From TPA_inf: Saccharomyces (taxonomy: Eukaryota): a stretch of DNA of 64,000 nucleotides. The notes under the pieces were generated by a model, which worked only from the letters and a program-made list of their open reading frames with translations, made no database searches and was not told the DNA's origin. The DNA lies in the NCBI GenBank assembly GCA_000146045.2, contig BK006934.2:498644-562643 (forward strand). The letters run 5' to 3'. A program made the position numbers and the translations under genes. The number at the start of each line of letters is the position of its first letter. Positions within the stretch are counted from its first letter, which is position 1. Shown piece after piece: positions 51,157 through 61,529 of the stretch.

Positions 51157-53037
51157 CATTTACTTTTATTTCTCGCGGTCGGTAAATTTTTCGTGGGTTT
51201 CTTTGAATCTATTAGCCGACATAAGAATAATGCATAAATAATATTTTTAATGTCTTCCTATGCCCAAAAGAAGAAGTCTTGAAGTTGCCGCACATGGAAA
51301 TCACATGACCATGGCTTGGCCCTTCGTTTTAAATGCAACATGCAATATGGAATGTGTCATGAATACTATCAGCAGGAACAGAAAGCGTCGTTTTGTTTCT
51401 GCAAATGCTGTAGTTTTGGGCCGAAAATAGATGTAGTAGAATATATAGTGAAACGTGATGTACAAAAGAAAAAGGTAGTTTAAAAAAAATTAGATAACTT
51501 GGATTTTTACCCTGAATATTGCATGTGATTCGTAAAGAACTGAGTTACCTCAAACGGACCTCCCTTTTCATTTCGTATTCCGCGAATCATGAAGTCATGC
51601 AATTACCTCTGAAGAGCTGACTGTCCCAAAAGAAGCTATCGAATCTGTCCTTGATTTATTTAAGCCTTGCGTTTCGAGAAAGTGAAAACCAATTGAATAC
51701 AAAATAAAAAAAAAAGAAGAAAGAAATAGCAGGTCTAAGATATATAAGAAAGTTAATATCATTTTTGAACATTTTATTTTAGACGCCTTCAGCCGCGCGA
51801 CGCCCGGAGTAATCATATGCCCATGACTTTACCAAAAGGCAACAGGGAGGAACATGCATTAATGTGAAGCATCACTGCTGCAATTCTCGGTGTTGCTAAT
51901 AATTCATGGATCGAGAAAGAGACATAACATTTAGGCCAATTTTTTGAATAAATATGAACTCAGCTAAGACTCGACAATACAATTTTCTTATACTAAACGT
52001 AGATTTATAAAATAAACACAACTGTAAGGGCAATGCAACCGTAGATGCATATATCATTTATAGAAATTATATCCAACAGAAAGCTCAGACTTATATCCGG
52101 TTTAAGAGAGAAATTCTTGCTCATATTACCCCAAGACCAGGTGGCGTGTTGAAGTTTATAACATATAAGAACTACTACCTCATGAATTCTAGTGGATGAA
52201 AGAAGCAGCACGAACACCATTTCTACAGACAACGACACATGGAAAGGTTCACCATTCCCAAAGAAAACAACGATGGCCACAAGGGTGTGGTCCTCCATTC
52301 TCCTACTGTTGGAAGGAGATATTATCCGACCGACTGTTTTGTGATATGGCAAACTATTTTTTTAAATGAGCAAAATTACTTCTTTTGGCTGGAAATGTCA
52401 TTAGAAAGTGCCCAAGTGACATTTAGCTAAACTCGGGTATTGTCTACAAGACCGGTGCTGTGACCGTTTCCAATACGGAAAGAAACGGTACTGGGAGCAG
52501 GAGTTGCTTTTACAGATATGAACAATGCCAATAGAGCCGCACATGTAATTACTGGTTCACACTCGTGGGGCCCACACGATTCCTGTGCAAAGTTTGACAA
52601 GAGGATGGAGTTTCACGTAAATGCTGCCAAAGGTGATGCGGTTTTGTTTTTGGGCAGCCTCTACCATGTTGCAAGTGCGAACCATACTGTGGCCACATAG
52701 ATTACAAAAAAAGTCCAGGATATCTTGCAAACCTAGCTTGTTTTGTAAACGACATTGAAAAAAGCGTATTAAGGTGAGAAAATCAAGATTATCTAAGCCG
52801 ATGAAAAATGAAAGGTATGATTTCAGCCACAAATATATAGTAGTTATTTTATACATCAAGATGAGAAAATAAAGGGATTTTTTCGTTCTTTTATCATTTT
52901 CTCTTTCTCACTTCCGACTACTTCTTATATCTACTTTCATCGTTTCATTCATCGTGGGTGTCTAATAAAGTTTTAATGACAGAGATAACCTTGATAAGCT
53001 TTTTCTTATACGCTGTGTCACGTATTTATTAAATTAC

Positions 53038-53043
53038 CACGTT
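53038..53043 (+). promoter_or_regulatory. Pho4 site of UASp1 type, CACGTTTTCGC
   Basis: ACCACGTTTTCGCAT at about -418 of PHO12, matching the PHO5 UASp1 core and flank from memory. Confidence 0.5.
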
Positions 53044-53172
53044 TTCGCATAACATTCTGTAGTTCATGTGTACTAAAAAAAAAAAAAAAAAAAGGAAATA
53101 GGAAGGAAAGAGTAAAAAGTTAATAGAAAACAGAACACATCCCTAAACGAAGCCGCACAATCTTGGCGTTCA

Positions 53173-53178
53173 CACGTG
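53173..53178 (+). promoter_or_regulatory. Pho4 site of UASp2 type, CACGTGGG
   Basis: CACACGTGGGTTT at about -283 of PHO12; this is the high-affinity E-box as found in PHO5 UASp2. Confidence 0.55.
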
Positions 53179-53331
53179 GGTTTAAAAAGGCAAATTACAC
53201 AGAATTTCAGACCCTGTTTACCGGAGAGATTCCATATTCCGCACGTCACATTGCCAAATTGGTCATCTCACCAGATATGTTATACCCGTTTTGGAATGAG
53301 CATAAACAGCGTCGAATTGCCAAGTAAAACG

Positions 53332-53339
53332 TATATAAG
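53332..53339 (+). promoter_or_regulatory. TATA box TATATAAG
   Basis: About 120 bp upstream of the PHO12 ATG. Confidence 0.5.
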
Positions 53340-53455
53340 CTCTTACATTTCGATAGATTCAAGCTCAGTTTCGCCTTGGTTGTAAAGTAGGAAGAAGAAG
53401 AAGAAGAAGAGGAACAACAACAGCAAAGAGAGCAAGAACATCATCAGAAATACCA

Positions 53456-54859
53456 ATGTTGAAGTCAGCCGTTTATTCAATTTTAGCCGCTTCTTTGGTT
53501 AATGCAGGTACCATACCCCTCGGAAAGTTATCTGACATTGACAAAATCGGAACTCAAACGGAAATTTTCCCATTTTTGGGTGGTTCTGGGCCATACTACT
53601 CTTTCCCTGGTGATTATGGTATTTCTCGTGATTTGCCGGAAAGTTGTGAAATGAAGCAAGTGCAAATGGTTGGTAGACACGGTGAAAGATACCCCACTGT
53701 CAGCAAAGCCAAAAGTATCATGACAACGTGGTACAAATTGAGTAACTATACCGGTCAATTCAGCGGAGCATTGTCTTTCTTGAACGATGACTACGAATTT
53801 TTCATTCGTGACACCAAAAACCTAGAAATGGAAACCACACTTGCCAATTCGGTCAATGTTTTGAACCCATATACCGGTGAGATGAATGCTAAGAGACACG
53901 CTCGTGATTTCTTGGCGCAATATGGCTACATGGTCGAAAACCAAACCAGTTTTGCCGTTTTTACGTCTAACTCGAACAGATGTCATGATACTGCCCAGTA
54001 TTTCATTGACGGTTTGGGTGATAAATTCAACATATCCTTGCAAACCATCAGTGAAGCCGAGTCTGCTGGTGCCAATACTCTGAGTGCCCACCATTCGTGT
54101 CCTGCTTGGGACGATGATGTCAACGATGACATTTTGAAAAAATATGATACCAAATATTTGAGTGGTATTGCCAAGAGATTAAACAAGGAAAACAAGGGTT
54201 TGAATCTGACTTCAAGTGATGCAAACACTTTTTTTGCATGGTGTGCATATGAAATAAACGCTAGAGGTTACAGTGACATCTGTAACATCTTCACCAAAGA
54301 TGAATTGGTCCGTTTCTCCTACGGCCAAGACTTGGAAACTTATTATCAAACGGGACCAGGCTATGACGTCGTCAGATCCGTCGGTGCCAACTTGTTCAAC
54401 GCTTCAGTGAAACTACTAAAGGAAAGTGAGGTCCAGGACCAAAAGGTTTGGTTGAGTTTCACCCACGATACCGATATTCTGAACTATTTGACCACTATCG
54501 GCATAATCGATGACCAAAATAACTTGACCGCCGAACATGTTCCATTCATGGAAAACACTTTCCACAGATCCTGGTACGTTCCACAAGGTGCTCGTGTTTA
54601 CACTGAAAAGTTCCAGTGTTCCAATGACACCTATGTTAGATACGTCATCAACGATGCTGTCGTTCCAATTGAAACCTGTTCTACTGGTCCAGGGTTCTCT
54701 TGTGAAATAAATGACTTCTACGGCTATGCTGAAAAGAGAGTAGCCGGTACTGACTTCCTAAAGGTCTGTAACGTCAGCAGCGTCAGTAACTCTACTGAAT
54801 TGACCTTTTTCTGGGACTGGAATACCAAGCACTACAACGACACTTTATTAAAACAGTAA
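53456..54859 (+). CDS. PHO12: Pho12, a secreted repressible acid phosphatase of the histidine acid phosphatase family (YHR215W)
   Basis: 467 aa beginning MLKSAVYSILAASLVNAG (signal peptide). RHGERYP histidine-phosphatase motif and many N-glycosylation sequons. PHO11 and PHO12 are near-identical; the PHO12 call follows from the chromosome VIII context. Confidence 0.85.
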   Translation: MLKSAVYSILAASLVNAGTIPLGKLSDIDKIGTQTEIFPFLGGSGPYYSFPGDYGISRDLPESCEMKQVQMVGRHGERYPTVSKAKSIMTTWYKLSNYTGQFSGALSFLNDDYEFFIRDTKNLEMETTLANSVNVLNPYTGEMNAKRHARDFLAQYGYMVENQTSFAVFTSNSNRCHDTAQYFIDGLGDKFNISLQTISEAESAGANTLSAHHSCPAWDDDVNDDILKKYDTKYLSGIAKRLNKENKGLNLTSSDANTFFAWCAYEINARGYSDICNIFTKDELVRFSYGQDLETYYQTGPGYDVVRSVGANLFNASVKLLKESEVQDQKVWLSFTHDTDILNYLTTIGIIDDQNNLTAEHVPFMENTFHRSWYVPQGARVYTEKFQCSNDTYVRYVINDAVVPIETCSTGPGFSCEINDFYGYAEKRVAGTDFLKVCNVSSVSNSTELTFFWDWNTKHYNDTLLKQ

Positions 54860-55444
54860 ATAGACCTAATATGATTTATGTAATTTTAGAAACTAAATAT
54901 GAATGCTAATTTTTTTCTTATTTTGACTTTTGCTTGCGAGAAGTACCAAGTTGGAACAACAAACACAGTCCAAAGAGGGAAATACAAAGGCACAGTACGC
55001 AATTACTTTATTATTCTTTAGCAAGACGAAGATAGTATGAATATACGTGTAAGGCATATGCAAAGCCATGATTTTATACCATAGACATGACATGCGGGTT
55101 ACATGAGGTGGTAAAATGTTTTAAGATAGCGTCCAGGGCAAGTACATGAAATGTCGTTTAGAGATGATGCAAGAGTAGGGTTATGATGTGAAAGAATAGG
55201 GCAATTAATTAACAGAGCGGATGTTGTAGGATGATATAGTGACACATAATATATAAATGATCGGTTGAGCGCGATATTATATAAGAACATCCATATGAGT
55301 ATATATCCTACCGTGTCTGTTCTCTACAGTGCTTCTTTTATTCAAAATTATTGGTTTTCGTAACCGCCGCGCAGGCACGCCGCGCATCTCTTTTTCTCGA
55401 AGAAAGCGGAAAAATAAAAACGAAAAAATAAAAAAAAAAAAAAG

Positions 55445-55452
55445 TATAAATA
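55445..55452 (+). promoter_or_regulatory. TATA element TATAAATA in the IMD2 regulatory region
   Basis: It sits inside an A-rich tract about 300 bp upstream of the IMD2 ATG. IMD2 is known to be regulated by GTP-dependent start-site selection and attenuation upstream of the ORF. Confidence 0.4.
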
Positions 55453-55752
55453 GTGAAGACTTTTTCCATTTGATATTTGGTAAAAATTTCGGCTGGAAGT
55501 TTTTTGCTGAACATTTAACCGGAGAATCTTGGTGGCTTTTTCTCAGTTTCGTGGGCTTATACATTTTACCTAGTATGCTGGGAACCTTTTTTTCCGTATT
55601 CTATTCTATTCCTTGCCTTACTTTTCTTATTATTTTCTATATAACCAATTTCAATAATACTTTTTAACTGTCATAAACGCATTTTGTTTATTACAAATTA
55701 AAAGAATTAAATATAATCAGTGCAATTAATAACTCCACAAGTAGCAAAAGCA

Positions 55753-57324
55753 ATGGCCGCCATTAGAGACTACAAGACCGCACTAGACTTTACCAAGAGC
55801 CTACCAAGACCGGATGGTTTGTCAGTGCAGGAATTGATGGACTCCAAGATCAGAGGTGGGTTGACTTATAACGATTTTTTAATCTTACCAGGTTTAGTCG
55901 ATTTTGCGTCCTCTGAAGTTAGCCTACAGACCAAGCTAACCAGGAATATTACTTTAAATATTCCATTAGTTTCCTCTCCAATGGACACGGTGACAGAGTC
56001 AGAAATGGCCACTTTTATGGCTCTGTTGGGTGGTATCGGTTTCATTCACCATAACTGTACCCCAGAGGACCAAGCTGACATGGTCAGAAGAGTCAAGAAC
56101 TATGAAAATGGGTTTATTAACAACCCTATAGTGATTTCTCCAACTACGACCGTTGGTGAAGCTAAGAGCATGAAGGAAAAGTATGGATTTGCAGGCTTCC
56201 CTGTCACGACAGATGGAAAGAGAAATGCAAAGTTGGTGGGTGTCATCACCTCTCGTGATATACAATTCGTTGAGGACAACTCTTTACTCGTTCAGGATGT
56301 CATGACCAAAAACCCTGTTACCGGCGCACAAGGTATCACATTATCAGAAGGTAACGAAATTCTAAAGAAAATCAAAAAGGGTAGGCTATTGGTTGTTGAT
56401 GAAAAGGGTAACTTAGTTTCTATGCTTTCCCGAACTGATTTAATGAAAAATCAGAACTACCCATTAGCGTCCAAATCTGCCAACACCAAGCAACTGTTAT
56501 GTGGTGCTTCTATTGGGACTATGGACGCTGATAAAGAAAGACTAAGATTATTGGTAAAAGCTGGGTTGGATGTCGTCATATTGGATTCATCCCAAGGAAA
56601 CTCTATCTTCGAATTGAACATGCTCAAGTGGGTCAAAGAGAGTTTCCCAGGTCTGGAAGTCATCGCTGGTAACGTTGTCACCAGGGAACAAGCTGCCAAT
56701 TTGATTGCTGCCGGTGCGGACGGTTTGAGAATTGGTATGGGAACTGGCTCTATTTGTATTACCCAAGAAGTTATGGCTTGTGGTAGGCCACAAGGTACAG
56801 CCGTCTACAATGTGTGTGAATTTGCTAACCAATTCGGTGTTCCATGTATGGCTGATGGTGGTGTTCAAAACATTGGTCATATTACCAAAGCTTTGGCTCT
56901 TGGTTCTTCTACTGTTATGATGGGTGGTATGTTGGCCGGTACTACCGAATCACCAGGTGAATATTTCTATCAAGATGGTAAAAGATTGAAGGCGTATCGT
57001 GGTATGGGCTCCATTGACGCCATGCAAAAGACTGGTACCAAAGGTAATGCATCTACCTCCCGTTACTTTTCCGAATCAGACAGTGTTTTGGTCGCACAAG
57101 GTGTCTCCGGTGCTGTCGTTGACAAAGGATCCATTAAGAAATTTATTCCATATTTGTACAATGGTTTACAACATTCCTGTCAAGACATCGGCTGTAGGTC
57201 GCTAACTTTATTAAAGAATAATGTTCAAAGGGGTAAAGTTAGATTTGAATTCAGAACCGCTTCTGCTCAACTAGAAGGTGGCGTTCATAATTTACATTCT
57301 TACGAAAAGCGTTTACATAACTGA
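55753..57324 (+). CDS. IMD2: Imd2, IMP dehydrogenase (YHR216W)
   Basis: The true ATG at 55753 gives 523 aa beginning [13 protein letters not shown]; the ORF track begins earlier on a GTG at 55720. CBS pair plus the IMPDH catalytic loop (GSICIT). Confidence 0.92.
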   Translation: MAAIRDYKTALDFTKSLPRPDGLSVQELMDSKIRGGLTYNDFLILPGLVDFASSEVSLQTKLTRNITLNIPLVSSPMDTVTESEMATFMALLGGIGFIHHNCTPEDQADMVRRVKNYENGFINNPIVISPTTTVGEAKSMKEKYGFAGFPVTTDGKRNAKLVGVITSRDIQFVEDNSLLVQDVMTKNPVTGAQGITLSEGNEILKKIKKGRLLVVDEKGNLVSMLSRTDLMKNQNYPLASKSANTKQLLCGASIGTMDADKERLRLLVKAGLDVVILDSSQGNSIFELNMLKWVKESFPGLEVIAGNVVTREQAANLIAAGADGLRIGMGTGSICITQEVMACGRPQGTAVYNVCEFANQFGVPCMADGGVQNIGHITKALALGSSTVMMGGMLAGTTESPGEYFYQDGKRLKAYRGMGSIDAMQKTGTKGNASTSRYFSESDSVLVAQGVSGAVVDKGSIKKFIPYLYNGLQHSCQDIGCRSLTLLKNNVQRGKVRFEFRTASAQLEGGVHNLHSYEKRLHN

Positions 57325-57399
57325 ATGTTAAAATGGCATCATCAATACAGTATTACTGATGTTATGTTATTTAGTGCTGTCCGTATGTCCTCCTGTTCT

Positions 57400-58186
57400 T
57401 TTTTGGGCTACAATTTAATTGATGGGGTGTTATGTTTACGATATTTCAATTATGTTAATATTTAGTATGTTTATATCTTCTCATTAATGAATAGTTAATT
57501 TTTACGTTTAGGTGATTTTGGTGGTGATTTTTCTATAATATTGAAATAAGTGTATATAAATTGAGTGGTTAGTATATGGTGAAAAAGTGGTATAACGTAT
57601 GTATTAAGAGCATTTATACGGTATTTGGGCCCGCCGAATGAGATATAGATATTAAAATGTGGATAATGATGGGCTTTATGGGTAAATGGCACAGGGTATA
57701 GACCGCTGAGGCAAGTGCCGTTAATGGTGATGTGAGTGCACTTAGTACTGATTTAGTGAGAGAGATGGGCCATGGATTGGAGTGTGAGAGTAGGGTAACT
57801 TGAGAGTGGTATATACTGTAGCATCCGTGTGCGTATGCCATAGGATAATTAAAGGTGAGTATGGCATGTGGTGAGGTGGTAGTGATGGTGATATAGAGTG
57901 GTAGGGTAAGTGTATGTGCATTATTTACGATTATTTGTTAACGTTTCAATATGGAGGGTAGAACAACAGTACAGTGAGTAGGACATGGTGGATGGTAGGG
58001 TAATAGCAGGGTAATGGTAGTGGAGTTGGATATGGGTAATTGGAGGGTAACGGTTATGATGGGCGGTGGATGGTAGTAGTAAGTAGAGAGATGGATGGTG
58101 GTTGGGAGTGGTATGGTTGAGTGGGGCAGGGTAACGAGTGGGGAGGTAGGGTAATGTGAGGGTAGGTTAAGAGACAGGTTAGATAG
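57400..58186. repeat. Subtelomeric X element, core plus combinatorial repeats
   Basis: An ACS match TTTTACGTTTA lies at 57500-57510. Distal to it are TAGGGTAA-type Tbf1-like repeats (GTAGGGTAAGTG, GGTAGGGTAATAGCAGGGTAATGG, GAGGTAGGGTAATGTGAGGGTAGG). The placement between the last gene and the interstitial TG1-3 tract fits. Boundaries are approximate. Confidence 0.45.
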
Positions 58187-58342
58187 GGTGGTGTGTGGTG
58201 TGTGGGTGTGGTGTGGTGTGGGTGTGGGTGTGGTGTGTGGGTGTGGTGTGTGTGGGTGTGGGTGTGGTGTGGGTGTGGGTGTGTGTGGGTGTGTGTGTGT
58301 GGGTGTGTGTGGGTGTGGGTGTGGGTGTGGGTGTGGTGTGTG
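58187..58342. repeat. Interstitial TG1-3 telomeric repeat tract at the X/Y' junction
   Basis: About 155 bp of (TG)1-3 GTGTGGGTGTGG-type sequence. The tract is translated by the spurious ORFs at 57938-58399 and 58188-58410 (YHR217C-like). Confidence 0.9.
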
Positions 58343-59256
58343 TATATATATGTCACTGTATTGCATGCTGGATGGTGTTAGACAAGGCCGTAGGGACATA
58401 TAGCATCTAGGAAGTAACCTTGTACGAAAATAGGCAATATTTCCTGTTTAGGCGATTGTGACGCAGATTTTAGTCCAACGATCTAGCGTCAAGGAATTTT
58501 TTTATAGTGGGACATTGCACCAAGGAAGTAACTTGATACGTCGTGGGTGAATGGGTCTGTTTTCTTATTCGGCGGGGTAATACATTTTTGGGGGAAGTTT
58601 GTCTGTCTGACGCGCCATATGTAGGTACGCCAAAAAGGGCTCCTCTACTTCGAAGCGCGAGGTCGTATACCTAATAAGGAAATGTAATTTATAACTTTTT
58701 ATTATATTGGTCTTTTCGAGAGCGGAACGTAGGTCCATGTTTAAAGTATCCAAGAGAATATCCACGAAGCGGCTGAGCAACGAACAGAATCCTGGTTCTC
58801 CTCGACTAAGCAGATAGTTAAGATACTGTGCACCATGGAAATTGAAAACGAAAGTACGTACCGACTACTTTATTTTTGCAGGCCGGAAATCAAGCGATGA
58901 ATGAGACATCCTTCTGTTTTCTATGTTGTGCTTGAAGGGGACAGACAGTCGCTTATCTTAGTGAGATTTCTTATTAACTGAATTTTCTTTGCTGCTGCTG
59001 GAGATTTGCACCTGCATAGCGCAGATTCTGCTTCTTCTCAATAGAGTAGCTTAATTATTACATTCTTAGATGATGATAAGACGGAAACTGGACAATCTTT
59101 TGTTTATATTGATGGATTTCTTGTCAAAAAGCATAGCAATCAACATACTATTGTTAATTTCGAAACTTACAAAAATAAAATGAAAGTTTCCGATAGCGTA
59201 AGTTTGAAAAAGCAAACTTTGACGAGTTTGAGTCGGCTCTAAATAACAAAAACGAC

Positions 59257-61281
59257 TTGGTACATTGTCCCTCAATAACTTTATTTGAATCGATCCCCAC
59301 GGAAGTGCGGTCATTCTACGAAGACGAAAAGTCTGGTCTAATCAAAGTGGTAAAATTCAGAACTGGTGCAATGGATAGGAAAAGGTCTTTTGAAAAAATT
59401 GTCGTTTCCGTCATGGTCGGGAAAAATGTACAAAAGTTCCTGACGTTTGTTGAAGACGAACCAGATTTCCAGGGCGGACCAATCCCTTCAAAGTATCTTA
59501 TTCCCAAGAAAATCAACTTGATGGTCTACACGTTGTTTCAAGTGCATACTTTGAAATTCAATAGAAAGGATTACGATACCCTTTCTCTTTTTTACCTCAA
59601 CAGAGGATACTATAATGAGTTGAGTTTCCGTGTCCTGGAACGTTGTTACGAAATAGCGAGTGCCAGGCCGAACGACAGCTCTACGATGCGTACTTTCACT
59701 GACTTTGTTTCTGGCACACCTATTGTAAGGAGTCTTCAGAAAAGCACCATAAGGAAATATGGATACAATTTGGCACCCTACATGTTCTTGTTACTACACG
59801 TAGATGAGCTATCGATTTTTTCTGCATACCAAGCAAGTTTACCTGGCGAAAAGAAAGTCGACACAGAGCGGCTGAAGCGTGATCTATGCCCACGTAAACC
59901 CACTGAGATAAAGTACTTTTCACAGATATGTAACGATATGATGAACAAAAAGGACCGATTGGGTGATGTTTTGCATGTGTGCTGCCCAAGTTGAGAAGAG
60001 ATACTAACAAAATGACCGCGGCTCTCAAAAATAATTGACGAGCTTACGGTGATACGCTTACCGTTATCCAGAGCTACAGCGCAACGTATACGTCGACGAT
60101 ACAACAAGAACGGTTCATCGGAGCCTCGACTAAAGACGCTTGACGGACTCACTTCCGAGCGCTGGATTCAATGGTTAGGCCTTGAAAGCGACTACCATTG
60201 TTCATTCTCTAGTACTCGGAATGCGGAAGACGTAGTGGCAGGTGAGGCGGCGAGTTCAGATCATGATCAAAAAATTTCAAGAGTAACGCGAAAAAGGCCC
60301 CGAGAGCCCAAGAGTACAAACGATATCCTCGTCGCAGGCCGGAAACTCTTTGGCAGCTCCTTTGAATTCAGGGACTTGCATCAGTTGCGCTTATGTCATG
60401 AAATATACATGGCAGACACACCCTCTGTGGCAGTACAGGCCCCACCGGGCTATGGTAAGACGGAGTTATTTCATCTCCCCTTGATAGCACTGGCATCTAA
60501 GGGCGACGTGAAATATGTGTCGTTTCTGTTTGTACCGTACACAGTGTTGCTTGCTAATTGCATGATCAGGTTGGGCCGACGCGGTTGCTTGAATGTGGCC
60601 CCTGTAAGAAACTTTATTGAAGAAGGTTGCGATGGCGTTACTGATTTATACGTGGGGATCTACGATGATCTTGCTAGCACTAATTTCACAGACAGGATAG
60701 CTGCGTGGGAGAATATTGTTGAGTGCACCTTTAGGACCAACAACGTAAAATTGGGTTACCTCATTGTAGATGAGTTTCACAACTTTGAAACGGAGGTCTA
60801 CCGGCAGTCGCAATTTGGGGGCATAACTAACCTTGATTTTGACGCTTTTGAGAAAGCAATCTTTTTGAGCGGCACAGCCCCTGAGGCTGTTGCTGATGCT
60901 GCGTTGCAGCGTATTGGGCTTACGGGACTGGCCAAGAAGTCGATGGACATCAACGAGCTCAAACGGTCGGAAGATCTCAGCAGAGGTCTATCCAGCTATC
61001 CAACACGGATGTTTAATCTAATCAAGGAGAAATCCGAGGTGCCTTTAGGGCATGTTCATAAAATTTGGAAGAAAGTGGAATCACAGCCCGAAGAAGCACT
61101 GAAGCTTCTTTTAGCCCTCTTTGAAATTGAACCAGAGTCGAAGGCCATTGTAGTTGCAAGCACAACCAACGAAGTGGAAGAATTGGCCTGCTCTTGGAGA
61201 AAGTATTTTAGGGTGGTATGGATACACGGGAAGCTTGGGTGCTGCAGAAAAGGTGTCTCGCACAAAGGAGTTTGTCACTGA
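59257..61281 (+). pseudogene. YHR218W region: Y' helicase N-terminal fragments separated by stops (59257-59994 and 60049-61281)
   Basis: The two ORFs share one frame but are separated by stop codons at 59995-60048. Compared with full-length YRF1-type proteins, as I recall them, two large internal segments are missing: the sequence jumps from ...[10 protein letters not shown] to RDTNKMTAALKN, and from NGSSEPRLKTLDGLTS to ERWIQWLGLESDYHCSF. Confidence 0.65.
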
Positions 61282-61529
61282 CGGTAGCATGCAAGTTCTC
61301 ATCGGAACGAAATTAGTGACTGAAGGAATTGACATTAAGCAATTGATGATGGTGATCATGCTTGATAATAGACTTAATATTATTGAGCTCATTCAAGGCG
61401 TAGGGAGACTAAGAGATGGGGGCCTCTGTTATCTATTATCTAGAAAAAACAGTTGGGCGGCAAGGAATCGTAAGGGTGAATTACCACCGATTAAGGAAGG
61501 CTGTATAACCGAACAGGTACGCGAGTTCT

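Noticed and set aside
52518-52700. The 60-aa [35 protein letters not shown]... upstream of PHO12.
   Set aside because: No recognisable domain or signal and no supporting start context. I cannot distinguish it from chance.
51000-53450. A search for a tRNA or other Pol III gene that could have targeted the Ty1 insertion.
   Set aside because: No A-box/B-box pair or GGTTCGANTCC T-loop signature found on either strand by eye. The GTTCGAAC at about 51047 lacks surrounding tRNA structure.
57938-58410. ORFs encoding HPHPHTPT... or CGVWVWCG... low-complexity proteins (YHR217C-like).
   Set aside because: They are translations of the interstitial TG1-3 telomeric repeat tract, not genes.
60003-60009. 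A TACTAAC branch-point-like heptamer between the two YHR218W ORF fragments, suggesting a Y' intron.
   Set aside because: It translates in frame as R-D-T-N inside the conserved helicase peptide RDTNKMTAALKN. No GTATGT-type donor lies upstream. The discontinuity is better explained by internal deletions relative to full-length Y' helicases.
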